Shown here: positions 15,001 through 26,978 of the stretch, in pieces
Layout: each line of letters opens with the position of its first letter
Numbering within the stretch: the first letter of the stretch is position 1
Assembly: GCA_964016885.1 (NCBI GenBank)
Contig: OZ024747.1
Span: 32,488,001-32,552,000, forward strand
Length of the DNA: 64,000 bases
Direction: 5' to 3'
DNA from: Eledone cirrhosa
Taxonomy: Eukaryota
Notes under the pieces: generated by a model
The model's database searches: none
Seen by the model: the letters and a program-made list of their open reading frames with translations, nothing else
What the model was told of the DNA's origin: nothing
Position numbers and translations under genes: made by a program

Positions 15001-17207
15001 AAAATATATAGTATAGTATTACTGTTGAAAATATATAGTATAGTATAGTATTACTGTTGAAAATATATAGTATAGTATTACTGTCGAAAATATATAGTAT
15101 AGTATTACTGTTGGAAATATATAGTATAGTATTACTGTTGAAAATATATAGTACAATATTACTGTTGAAAATATATAGTATAGTATTACTGTTGAAAATA
15201 TATAGTACAATATTACTGTTGAAAATATATAGTATAGTATTACTGTTGAAAATATATAGTACAGTATTACTGTTGAAAATATATAGTATAGTATTACTGT
15301 TGGAAATATATAGTATTACTTTTGAAAATATATAGTATAGTATTACTGTTGAAAATATATAGTATAGTATTACTGTTGGAAATATATAGTACAGTATTAC
15401 TGTTGAAAATATATAGTATTACTGTTGAAAATATATAGTATAGTATAGTATTAATGTTGAAAATATATAGTATTACTGTTGAAAATATATAGTATAGTAT
15501 TATTGTTGAAAATATATAGTATAGTATTACTGTTGAAAATATATAGTATAGTATTATTGTTGAAAATATATAGTACAGTATTACTGTTGAAAATATATAG
15601 TATTACTGTTGAAAATATATAGTATAGTATTACTGTTGAAAATATATAGTATAGTATAGTATCACTGTTGGAAATATATAGTACAGTATTACTGTTGAAA
15701 ATATATAGTACAATATTACTGTTGAAAATATATAGTACAGTATTACTGTTGAAAATATATAGTACAGTATTACTATTGCAATTATATAGTACAGTATTAC
15801 TGTTGAAAATATATAGTATAGTATTACTGTTGAAAATATATAGTATAGTATAGTATACGGTTGAAAATATATAGTACAGTATTACTGTTGAAAATATATA
15901 GTATAGTGTAACTGTTGAAAATATATAGTATAGTATTACTGTTGAAAACATAGTATAGTATTGCTGTTGGAAATATACAGTATAGTATTACTGTTGAAAA
16001 TATATCGTATAGTATTACTGTTGAAAATATATAGTACAGTATTACTGTTAAAAATATATGGTATATTATTACTGTTGAAAACATAGTATAGTATTACTGT
16101 TGAAAATATATAGTACAGTATTACTGTTGTAAATATATAGTATAGTATTACTGTCGAAAACATAATATAGTATTACTGTTGAAAATATATAGTACAGTAT
16201 TACTGTTGAAAACATATAGTATTACTGTTAAAAATATATAGTATAGTATTACTGTTGAAAATATATAGTATAGTACTACTGTTGAAAATATATAGTATAG
16301 TATTACTGTTGAAAATATATAGTATAGTATTACTGTTGAAAATATATAGTACAGTATTACTGTTAAAATTATATGATATATTATTACTGTTGAAAATATA
16401 TAGTATAGTACTACTGTTGAAAATATATAGTATAGTATAGTACTACTGTTGAAAATATATAGTATAGTATTACTGTTGAAAATATATAGTATAGTATTAC
16501 TGTTGAAAATATACAGTACAATATTACTGTTGAAAATATATAGTATAGTAATGCTGTTGAAAATATATAGTACAGTATTACTGTTGAAAATATATAGTAT
16601 AGTATTACTGTTGAAATTATATAGTATAGTATAGTATTACTGTTGGAAATATATAGTACAGTATTACTGTTGAAAATGTATAGTATAGTATAGTATTACT
16701 GTTGAAAATATATAGTATAGTATTATTGTTGAAAATATATAGTATAGTATAGTATTACTGTTGAAAATATATAGTATAGTATTATTGTTGAAAATATATA
16801 GTATAGTATTACTGTTGGAAATATATAGTACAGTATTACTGTTGGAAACATATAGTATTACTGTTGAAAATATATAGTATAGTATTACTGTTGGAAATAT
16901 ATAGTATAGTATTACTGTTGGAAATATATAGTACAGTATTACTGTTGGAAATATATAGTACAGTATTACTGTTGAAAATATTTAGTATAGTATTACTGTT
17001 GAAAATACATAGTATAGTATTACTGTTGAAAATATATAGTATACTATAGTATTACGGTTGAAAATATATAGTACAGTATTACTGTCGAAAATGTATAGTA
17101 CAGTATTACTGTTGAAAATATATAGTACAGTATTACTGTTGAAAATATATAGTACAGTATTACTGTTGAAAATATATAGTATAGTACAGTATTACTGTTG
17201 AAAATAT
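1..17207. repeat. Satellite DNA array, 27-bp consensus GAAAATATATAGTATAGTATTACTGTT; runs off the left edge of the window
   Basis: Continuous tandem monomers. 22- and 32-bp variants differ by one TAGTA pentamer. Recurrent variants include GGAAA, TACAG, ATTGTT and AAACATAG. All ORFs here are translations of the repeat. Confidence 0.99.
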
Positions 17208-17345
17208 CTACACGAATATATAATTATACATATACATATATATATATATATATATAATTAATTAAAAGTTGGTTAGACGTGAAGTCGACGCAGACAGGCA
17301 GCCAGACAGAGAGATATTCTAAGGGCATGATGTTATAGCTATGTA
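17201..17345 (-). mobile_element. Remnant of the non-autonomous Helitron family found at 40374-41179, abutting the satellite
   Basis: 17201 aaaatatct--acacgaatatataattata matches 40787 aaaatatctgtacacgaatatataattata. 17290 gcagacag...gatattctaagggcatgatgttatagctat matches about 41006 gcagacag...gatattataagggcgcgaagttatagctat. Confidence 0.7.
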
Positions 17346-17404
17346 TCTATCTAAAAAGACAGAGTAAGAAAGAGAGGGGTATGTCGTATTATATATATTA
17401 TATA

Positions 17405-17468
17405 TAATAAAGTACCAGTAATGTACTGGAATAATTGCTGGCCTTGTGCCAAAGGTAGAAACAATTAT
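17405..17468 (+). mobile_element. 3' fragment of Deu/Nin-domain SINE
   Basis: aataaagtaccagtaatgtactgg...ttgctggccttgtgcc...tagaaacaattat matches the 3' half of the SINE at 37932-38128. Confidence 0.85.
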
Positions 17469-17589
17469 ACTTCTTTTTTATACAACTGTAAATAACATGT
17501 TTATGTATGTATATATAAGTATATATACCTATAAAGGAATGGTGTAATAAAATGTACAAATTAAACTATATATATACATATATATATAC

Positions 17590-17676
<87 letters not shown>

Positions 17677-18314
17677 GAAATATAATACACTTCCGGGTGG
17701 TATTCAATGGCGTTTCTCGAAACGTAACAGCCTCCTGTATTGAACTAATGAACACCAGACTACGATTCTCTAACTGGATTGTCAAACGCTCAATATCGAA
17801 TTGTCGTGGATTATGTGAGGGGCATATAATCGTAAAATACACTACCCTGACCATGAAAATGTCGAAGTACATGAAATACTTGATATCCCTTCGCTGTGCA
17901 TCTCCAATACTTTTAACACTTTTAATGCTTGCACTATTTTTAATGCTTATAACATTTCTCCACACACAGACTATATCAATCATATAAAGAATTTGCCACC
18001 AGATCTACCAACCTAACACTCTTGTTTACCTACCTAAGTGCCTCTACCACACATATCTCTCTGCCACACTATATAAACAAGACGCACATGCGTGCCACAC
18101 ATATAACATTTACACTATATAACCGCTTATCTTCATGTTGTATTTTAACCTGTATTTTTGATTTTTGATTGTACCTCTTAATATGAATGTAATCTCGAAG
18201 TCTGTACTGCCACTCTAAATTCTGTAATGAATGTTGACCCACAATATTTGCATATGTATCGGTATGTCTCTTGGCTGAAAAGGATGTCATATAACTGTCC
18301 ATGCATTAATAAAT

Positions 18315-18361
18315 TGCTCCGAAGAACCCAAACCTCGGTTTGGAGGAAACAGCTGTAAGCA
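18315..18361 (+). ncRNA. Minimal type I hammerhead ribozyme motif
   Basis: Stem I TGCT/AGCA; core CCGAAGA (C in place of U4); stem II CCAAACC-tc-GGTTTGG; GAAA; palindromic stem III ACAGCTGT; GUA cleavage triplet. Lies in a non-coding block between (TA)n tracts at about 17595 and 18616. Confidence 0.65.
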
Positions 18362-18615
18362 CAATAATGTTTTGAACAGTTCTTTGATTCTTATATTTCA
18401 TATAACTGCTCTGTAAATCATCTGATGTTTTTACATTGAGCTACTTAACTTACTGGTAATAAGGTAGTAATACATTACTGCCTACCACTATTTAGGGTGT
18501 ATATAAAAAATATATAAAAAATACTTATAACTGCATAAGGTTTTGTATTTACATAACCATAAATAGTATAACTAATACTATATATATATATATGTACAAA
18601 TGTACAATTTACACT

Positions 18616-18787
<172 letters not shown>

Positions 18788-19770
18788 TCACAGAAATATC
18801 CACGGTTAGTTGTGGGGTCTAGTCTGCATGAAGAACTCAATGTAATTCATATGTTGAAAATGTTGTAGGTTAATATAAATCCCGGAAAAAATAAAACATC
18901 AAAAGGAAAACAGAGTCTTGAAATAAGTTAAAACAATGAAATAAAAATTCAAGTCATTAGAAATATACTTCACTGCTTAACGATCGTTTCTAGGTGATAA
19001 TAATACACCGTACGCATATTTCGTTATCGATCTATGTAGGATTAGTTACAAAATATCAGATAAGGAATATATTTACCTACATGTATATCATCAGCCGTTG
19101 GCAAAACCAATAAAAATTTTATTCAAAATCAATTGTAAATTGTGTTCTATGACCTTATTTGGAGGTAGCTGAAGAACAAACCAATCAAATGGTTTTTTGC
19201 CATATGATGTTAAGATGAAAAATAACACACTTTAGTTGAGGTCATGACCCTTTGAAAGGAATGGTTGAATGGTGTTAAAAATATATTTACTATAAAGAAC
19301 CTATGAGATAAAAGGGATTGTGATATTGATAGTGGAATGTAAATGGTGGAGTGAAGTTTAAAAAGGAATGTAAAAATTAAATGTTGAGTTGTGTTGTATG
19401 GAATTAGGATAAATATAGATAGGTAAATTAATAGTCATAACTAGGAAGGATAGTATATTAAAAGATGAAAATTATAATATAAACCACCATTAAAATGGCG
19501 AAACAATCTCCTGGTGAGTTTGTACATGTGTGATCTAGGTATGAGGTTGGTTTCTCCTTTTAATTTATACTTTTAATTTTAATGTTTTTCCGATGCCTCT
19601 ATTAGCTTATATTCTCTTCACGCTGGTGGTTTGAAATTCCTGTAAAGGAAAATGCACTATTCTGTGTTTTCCCCTCTATATATTGTATATATTGTATAAA
19701 TATATATATATATAAATGTAAGTATGTATGTATACGTACATACATATATGTATACAGACGTACAGTAGCA

Positions 19771-19876
<106 letters not shown>

Positions 19877-20030
19877 CATACAGGTACACACATATATGTA
19901 CGCATCAGTTTAGCGGACGCTTATTATAGCGTCCGCTTTGTTCGTTTGTAAACAAACTGAACAGCCTGAATTTATGCCGCACGGTGTTAAGGCCACCACG
20001 TCACCTTTTTGTTCAACACTGACACAGGAA

Positions 20031-20071
20031 CGATGTACTAGTTTCAAGCTTGTTAGCTATCATCAGCACCG
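20031..20071 (-). ncRNA. Minimal type I hammerhead ribozyme
   Basis: Minus strand reads CGGTG CTGATGA tAGCT-aaca-AGCTt GAAA CTAG TA CATCG: 5-bp stem I, intact core, palindromic stem III ACTAGT. Confidence 0.8.
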
Positions 20072-20616
20072 TATACCCATCTGCCAGATAGTTGAACGTT
20101 CGAAAGTATACACACACAGAAACAAAATGGCGTAGGATAGAAGAAAGGAAAGGCACAGAAACGAAGAAAGGAATCCCCAGTCACTGAAGAGGTCACAGAG
20201 TGTGTGACGAAAGGACTATGACTATATAGATAAACAACTATCTGGTTGTGGAACCAACCAACCAACCAGAAATTTATAAGTTTGTAAATTTGTAAATTTA
20301 TAAATTTATAAATATATAATAAATTGAAGTGAAAGCAACTGGTGCGTGTGTTTCTTATTGACAACATGACCCTCCCAAAGTATAACAATATCGGTTTCAA
20401 CACACGATTTCAGATAAAGAATCTTGCTAAACAAATTCAGAAACGAAATATATATATATACATACAGGTACACATACATATATGTACGCATCAGTTTAGC
20501 GGACGCTTATTATAGCGCCCGCTTTGTTCGTTTGTAAACAAACTGAACAGCCTGAATTTATGCCGCACGGTGTTAAGGCAACCACGTCACCTTTTTGTTC
20601 AACACTGACACAGGAA

Positions 20617-20657
20617 CGATGTACTAGTTTCAAGCTTGTTAGCTATCATCAGCACCG
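20617..20657 (-). ncRNA. Minimal type I hammerhead ribozyme, second copy
   Basis: Same sequence as 20031-20071. Confidence 0.8.
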
Positions 20658-20835
20658 TATACCCATCTGCCAGATAGTTGAACGTTCGAAAGTATATACT
20701 TTCCTTATGAAAATTAACGGCTGAGCAGCCTAATTTGCATATCGAGTGAGTTAAATCGGTCAGGCGCACCGAAAACGATGAGTTGTAATAAAATGAAAAC
20801 GAAATTTCATTTCTCACTCTTAGTACGGCACTTAC

Positions 20836-21012
20836 AAGCTTGAAACTAGTACATCGCTCCTGTGTCAGTGTTGAACAAAAAGGTGACGTGGTTGCCTTAA
20901 CACCGTGCGGCATAAATTCAGGCTGTTCAGTTTGTTTACAAACGAACAAAGCGGGCGCTATAATAAGCGTCCGCTAAACTGATGCGTACATATATGTATG
21001 TGTACCTGTATG

Positions 21013-21051
<39 letters not shown>

Positions 21052-21106
21052 GCATGCTACTGTACGTCTGTATACATATATGTATGTACGTATACATACA
21101 TACATT
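20836..21106 (+). repeat. Inverted partial copy of the 586-nt HHR element, starting in the HHR stem II loop
   Basis: Reverse complement of about 19715-20052 / 20454-20638; begins acaagcttGAAActagtacatcg. Confidence 0.9.
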
Positions 21107-21110
21107 TAAG

Positions 21111-22825
21111 TAAGTGCCGTACTAAGAGTGAGAAATGATAATTCCAAAAACCAGAAAAGAAATAGAACTAGAAATATAATTTGGTTTGCCCCCCCCCCCC
21201 CCTTTCTCACTAAACATTAAAACCCACATCGCTAAACTATTTTTTAATGCTCTTGACAAACGCTTCCCTAGAACACATAAGTGTCACTCAATTTTCAATA
21301 GACATACTATAAAATTAACCTACTCGTCCACCAAAAATTTAGCACAAAATATTAATAGAATAAATAATAGGAATCTAAAACCTAGCCAAAATACCGATAA
21401 TAGCCTAAACAATATTCAAGTAAACAACTGTAACTGTAGAGATAGATCTAAATGCCCGTTAAATAACAATTGCTTAGTTAAAAATATAATATACAACTGT
21501 AATGTTAAAACTGACTTAAATTCTTTTAATTATGTTGGTTCCACCTCGACAGAATTTAAACTTCGCTATAATAATCACAAGAATTCTTTCACGGATCCAA
21601 ACAAAAAATCTTCAACATCACTATCAGGCTTACTCTGGCAACTTAAACATGATAACGTTGGATATTCGATGGTTTGGAATATAGCCTCAAGGGGGATTCC
21701 TTTTAATTCCTCTTCTGAGACATGTGACCTCTGCGCGGAGGAGATATTCTTTATACTAAAATCTAAAAATTCCCTTAATTTACGGACCAATTTATTCAGT
21801 TGCTGCAGACATAGATTGAACTCAACTTTTAAATATAAATATAAATTTAAAATGTAGTATATTTACTTAAGATTTTTAATTATTTATGAAACTTGGGGAT
21901 AAATCCTTCGATTCCTTCAATTTTTTAAACCTTCTTCATGAGTATATAATTAATGATGTAATTAAACTACCTTAAAATGGTGATGCTCCCAATCTATTGT
22001 ATAAAATTTTTAAGCTAGATAAACTTCTATAATAAATATAAGAGCATCTGTAGAACAACCGGGTATCCTAAAGGGATGATATGCGGGGCACACTGTGTTT
22101 TATTGCGGCCCTGGATACTCTGGGGAGTGAGGTATTCTTGGCGTTTTTAATATATTGATATCTGTTCTATTCTATGCTTGAACGATAATCATGTAAGAGA
22201 GGGCAAGAATATTATTATTATTAATGATGTATATTTTATGTATATATATATGTATGTACATATATGTATGGTAAAATCTTTTGTAACGCAATGAAGATTT
22301 TCATGTGAAATAAAAATTTACAGAGCTGATCACGTAAACTCACATGTGTCTATAATGTCAACTTGAATTTGAGATAACCTTCTTTTTTCTTTTTCTTTTT
22401 TCATGAAAATACATATAAACTTATGTATTGCAGTATTTTTTTGAAGTTTTATCTCAGATTTTGATTATAAACCTAAGAATTTTAAACTAAACATATAGTC
22501 ATTATTTTTTCACACATTATTGATATGTGTCTCATTCATGAATATTGATATTTACATTATAATTCATAAGAATTGATGAAACATAATATTTTAAAACTAT
22601 CATCTTTATTTCTGAATATATCTCTTCTCCTCCCTCTACACTTGACGGGACTTATGTATCGGCTGTTTTAACTCTACCTCCTGTATCTCACCCCTCCCCT
22701 ATCTCTCCCACCTCGTATAATAGATATTACTCGATCTACCTCTTTTCTCCCACCACATATATCTCTTTCTACCTCTCTTTATTTATTTTTATTTTTATTT
22801 CTCTCCGTATCCTTAACACTATAAC

Positions 22826-22860
<35 letters not shown>

Positions 22861-23222
22861 ATTTTCACCTCCTCAATATTTCTCTCTCCCATATCTCTCT
22901 CTCTCTATCTCGCTCTGTGGTTTTTTCTTTACATACATTTCTTCATCCTCTTCACCTTCCTCTCTAACTGTCCTTAGCACTATACACTTTCTTTCTTTTT
23001 TTTCTCTCCGTCTCTAACTGTCCTTAACATTTTCACTACCATAACAACTTTTTTAAATGGAAGTTGTAAAATTTTAAGGTATGTCAAATTTATTTATAAA
23101 ACTGTTTATATATTGTATTTTGTCTGAAGAGGGCATACCATATTTTTAATATGATATCCCTGAAATATATATAATGAAATAAATATGGTTTTATAAATGT
23201 AGTTTCCATTTGTTTAATATCG
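21111..23222 (+). mobile_element. 5'-truncated Penelope-like element (Naiad-like): linker plus GIY-YIG endonuclease, long 3' UTR with terminal HHR
   Basis: ORF 21186-21857 has IWFxPP, KLTYSSTKN, CNCRDRSKCPL (CxCx5C), IIY...YVG, FKLRYNNH, CDLCAEE and CCRH. HHR at 23117; ends in (TA)n. Confidence 0.88.
23117..23180 (+). ncRNA. Type I hammerhead ribozyme motif in Penelope 3' end
   Basis: ATTTTGT CTGAAGA GGG..CATATT-ttt-AATATG..CCCt GAAA TATATATA ATGAAAT. Context is homologous to 59806-59871. Confidence 0.72.
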
Positions 23223-23240
23223 TATATATATATAAATATG

Positions 23241-23279
<39 letters not shown>

Positions 23280-23294
23280 TGTATAATATATATG

Positions 23295-23355
<61 letters not shown>

Positions 23356-23370
23356 TGTATAATATATATG

Positions 23371-23409
<39 letters not shown>

Positions 23410-23441
23410 TGTATAATATATATGTATAATATATTTATATT

Positions 23442-23507
<66 letters not shown>

Positions 23508-23827
23508 ATATAGAGGGGAAAACACAGAATAGTGTGTTTTCCTTTACAGGAATTTCAAACCACCAACGTGAAGAGAATATAAGCTACTAGAGGCATAGGA
23601 AAAACATTAAAATTAAAAGTATAAATTAAAAGGAGAAACCAACCTCATACCTAGATCACACATGTACAAACTCACCAGGAGATTGTTTCGCCATTTTAGT
23701 GGTGGTTTAAAATTGCTGTAAAGGAAAACACACTCTTCTGTGTTTTTCCCCTCTATATATTGTATTTTAAAGTGCCCAGGAAAACTCTTTCCTTTGAACT
23801 CATTTAATTACAGGATTATACGCGAGT

Positions 23828-23867
<40 letters not shown>

Positions 23868-23871
<4 letters not shown>

Positions 23872-24077
23872 CGAAGGAGTGGTAAGGACCGAGATGGACC
23901 ATAACGCACCAGAGTACTCAATACTTAGGGTAGTAGAGTGGGTAATAGGAAAATGTTTGACCCCGATGGCAGAGCTCAAGCCGTTTCGACGGGTATTTCT
24001 GTACCATAAATAGGTCTAGAAATAGGTCCAGAAATAGCCGTCGGAACGGCTTGAGCTCTGCCGTCGGGGTCAGACAT
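23868..24077. repeat. Short repeat ending in a fold-back palindrome (arms 23953-24001 / 24029-24077)
   Basis: tgaccccgatggcagagctcaagccgtttcgacgg pairs with ccgtcggaacggcttgagctctgccgtcggggtca; flanked by TA tracts. Confidence 0.9.
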
Positions 24078-24475
24078 ATATATATATATATAGGTATATT
24101 TATATATATATATCACCCTTCATCAGTACAGCTCACTGTTCACATGCCAACTGTCAGAGCTGGTGAAATATATGCTCTTTTCTAAAATATAAAGGGTGAT
24201 ACGCAGAAACATTAGTGTTTGCAGTTCTGTTTACATGCCAACACAAGAGCAAGAATGAAGGGTTCATTCTACTGACATGGCTTTAAAATGGAGGCTTGTT
24301 TGCATTATTGCAAACGAATAGAATGTTATTATTAATATTCAAAAATCTCAGATTACATTTATTGTATTCAGCCATGTAGAGCAAAATCTTTCTTTTTTTA
24401 TATTTGTATATATATAAATATATACATTTGTATATATATACATATTTGTATATATATATATATATATTTGTATAT

Positions 24476-24670
24476 ATAACAAAGGAGTTGTCGTAAGGAA
24501 CTAGATGGACCATAATGCACCAGAATACTCAATACTTAGGGTAGTAGAGTGGGTAATAGGAAAAAGTATGACCCCGACGGCAGAGCTCAAGCCGTTTCGA
24601 CGGCTATTAGTCCAGAAATAGCCGTCGAAACGGCTTGAGCTCTGCCGTCGGTGTCATACTTTTTCCTATT
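24476..24670. repeat. Second copy of the fold-back repeat (arms 24555-24608 / 24617-24670)
   Basis: Homologous to 23868-24077; 54-bp arms with one mismatch, 8-nt loop. Confidence 0.92.
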
Positions 24671-25419
24671 TGTATATATATATATATATTGGTATATAAA
24701 TATAAATTCAGCGAGAATCGTATTTCGGCTGGTAGAAAAAGCGAAACGAAACGCAAAATCGTAGAAATGCTGGCAAGCGCTCCAATAGTTAAGAAAAACT
24801 AGAGCTAAACGATATGTTAAAAATATTTGTATATATATATATTTGTGTATACATATATTTGTGTATATATATTTATTTGTGTATATATATATATTTGTAT
24901 ATATATATATATATATTTGGGTATTGTATATATATATATATATATATTTGTGTATATATATATATATATATATATATAAGTAGTAACACAACAGTTAGTT
25001 CACCATACCGAGAACAATTGTTTCACCTTGGCGGATCTTCAGCTCGGACTGGTCATGGTTATATGGAACAGGAAGAATAACTGTATGACCGCGCGTGCGC
25101 AGAAACGGTCGCTTCACCCAAGCGATGCAAAGCCAAGAGCAAAAGGTGTAAGAGAGATAACTGTGAAAGTCCGGGAAATATGTTCGAGTTGATTAGAAAA
25201 TTAGAATATTGTTGATATTCAATCCTACTTGACCACTTTACAGTGTAGTCTTGGTGCTTTTTGTCGTGTCACCTACAAGACCACTTTACCGTGGGTGGAA
25301 GTGTGAGAATGGAGTAGGCGGTGTAGGGTGGGGTGTGTATTGGGTTGAGAGGTGCCTACTGACTGTAGATTTAAATTTGTATGCAAGAGAGGGCAGGTCT
25401 TCTGTATAATTGCATACTG

Positions 25420-25546
25420 CCAAAGATCTCAATCCAGTGACATTGTCTTAGAGAGGTGTAAGTGAGCAAGGTCAGTTTTTAACACCTCGTCCCAGATTTT
25501 TCTTGATCTACCCACTCTGTCACCTCCATCGATTTTGATCACTCTG

Positions 25547-25550
<4 letters not shown>
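25420..25550 (-). pseudogene. RTE-like LINE 3' fragment
   Basis: Translation RVIKIDGGDRVGRSRKIWDEVLKTDL resembles the RTE C-terminal G.R.RGRP.K.W motif. Confidence 0.55.
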
Positions 25551-25604
<54 letters not shown>

Positions 25605-25638
25605 CACACACACATACATCTACACACACACACACACA

Positions 25639-25818
25639 TGAGGGTCAGCTAAAAGGTTCATAGGCTGACCAAGATACTCTCACGGAATACCCAAATGATT
25701 TATTTTTCAACATAGTCCCTGGTAAGAAACAATGCATCTATTAAGAAGAGTGGAAATTAATGCATGCAAGATTTCACATCACTCCATCATCAGCCTATGA
25801 ACTTTTCAGCTGATTCTT
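25639..25818. mobile_element. Mariner-like MITE remnant
   Basis: Imperfect TIRs agggtcagctaaaaggttcataggctgac and atcagcctatgaacttttcagctgattct, about 180 bp apart. Confidence 0.6.
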
Positions 25819-26691
25819 TTAAATATAGGTGTAATGTGTTTAGTGTTGAAAATGTGTCAACCATTCAACAAAATTTTCACTATATAATTGTTATCACTAT
25901 CCTCAAAATTATATATCATCATTATCATCATCCTTGCTACCCATGTTATCTTCATCATCTCCCTTATCGACATAATCCCAATCTACTCTGTCATCATTTA
26001 TAGCCTGTAGCATTACTTATGAGACTGTCATCAACACAATTACTACCATCTCCCATCATATGCATCATTATCATCATCATCTTCCCTGGCTATTGATATC
26101 ACCACCATGAAGTGGTCTCTGAAAGCTATAATTAATTTCTGTTAATACTGTTAATTCTGTTAATTTCTGTCATACTGAGAGAAAACAGATACCTTTGTCT
26201 GTACATAGTGTATACACAGCTTAGAGTTCAGATGTTCATATCCTTCTCTTGGCCCTACATTGTTTATCCTTGGGTAGGGCACTAACCTCAAATTGGCACA
26301 ATTTACCTATTTGTAAATTGGTTCCACAGACTCTGAATTGGAAGAGACAGTAGAATATCAGCTGGAATATTTTGTATTCATTCCAACATTTTACTTCAAA
26401 ACATATTGCGGTCAACTTTGCCTTTCATCCTTCCAATGACGATAAAAATCTCCCTGCCTCATACTGAGGTTGATTGCTCCTCTATATCGCTGGCTCACTT
26501 CCTCTCTATAACATTCTCTTCTCTCCTTTTCCATGTCTGTATTCAGACTTGGATAAGGTATGGGCTCTTCCAAGTTATAAAATACCCAAGTATGTCACTG
26601 TGACAAAATAAAGTACCAGTACTACACTGGGGTTGATTTAATTAACTTTCCCCTCCCAAAAATAGTTAACCTTGTACTGCAATCATAAACC

Positions 26692-26978
26692 ATTATTAAA
26701 TAAGATAAGTGAGTTCAAATCCCGCCAAGGTTAACTTTGCCTTTCATCCTTACGGGGTCGATAAAATAAAGTACCAGTAATGCACTGGGTAATTGCTGGC
26801 CTTGTGCCTAACGTAGAAACAATTATTAAATAAGATAAGTCAACCTCGGTGAGTTCAAATCCCGCCGAGGTTGACTTTGCCTTTCATCCTTACGGGGTCG
26901 ATAAAATAAAGTACCAGTAATGCACTGGGTGATTGCTGGCCTTGTGCCTAAAGTAGAAACAATTATTAAATAAGATAA
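26692..26978 (+). mobile_element. Tandem pair of 5'-truncated Deu/Nin-domain SINEs (about 140-bp period)
   Basis: Two copies of gagttcaaatcccgcc...ctttgcctttcatccttacggggtcgataaaataaagtaccagt...tagaaacaattatt with a B-box-like GTTCAAATC. Confidence 0.88.

Noticed and set aside
726-17049. Many ORFs of the type YYIFSTVIL / KIYSIVLLL
   Set aside because: They are translations of the 27-bp (9-codon) satellite, with no evidence of coding function.
1-17207. CRISPR-like regular repeats
   Set aside because: Monomers are contiguous with no unique spacers, there are no cas genes, and the context is eukaryotic.
18975-19100. Minus-strand CTGATGA...GAAACGATCGTT, related to the 61369 HHR
   Set aside because: Stem I does not pair convincingly; at most a decayed copy, so not listed as a ribozyme.
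25085-25155. CpG-rich patch with NRF1-like gcgcgtgcgca and a possible splice donor
   Set aside because: Single short motif with no linked exons or other support.
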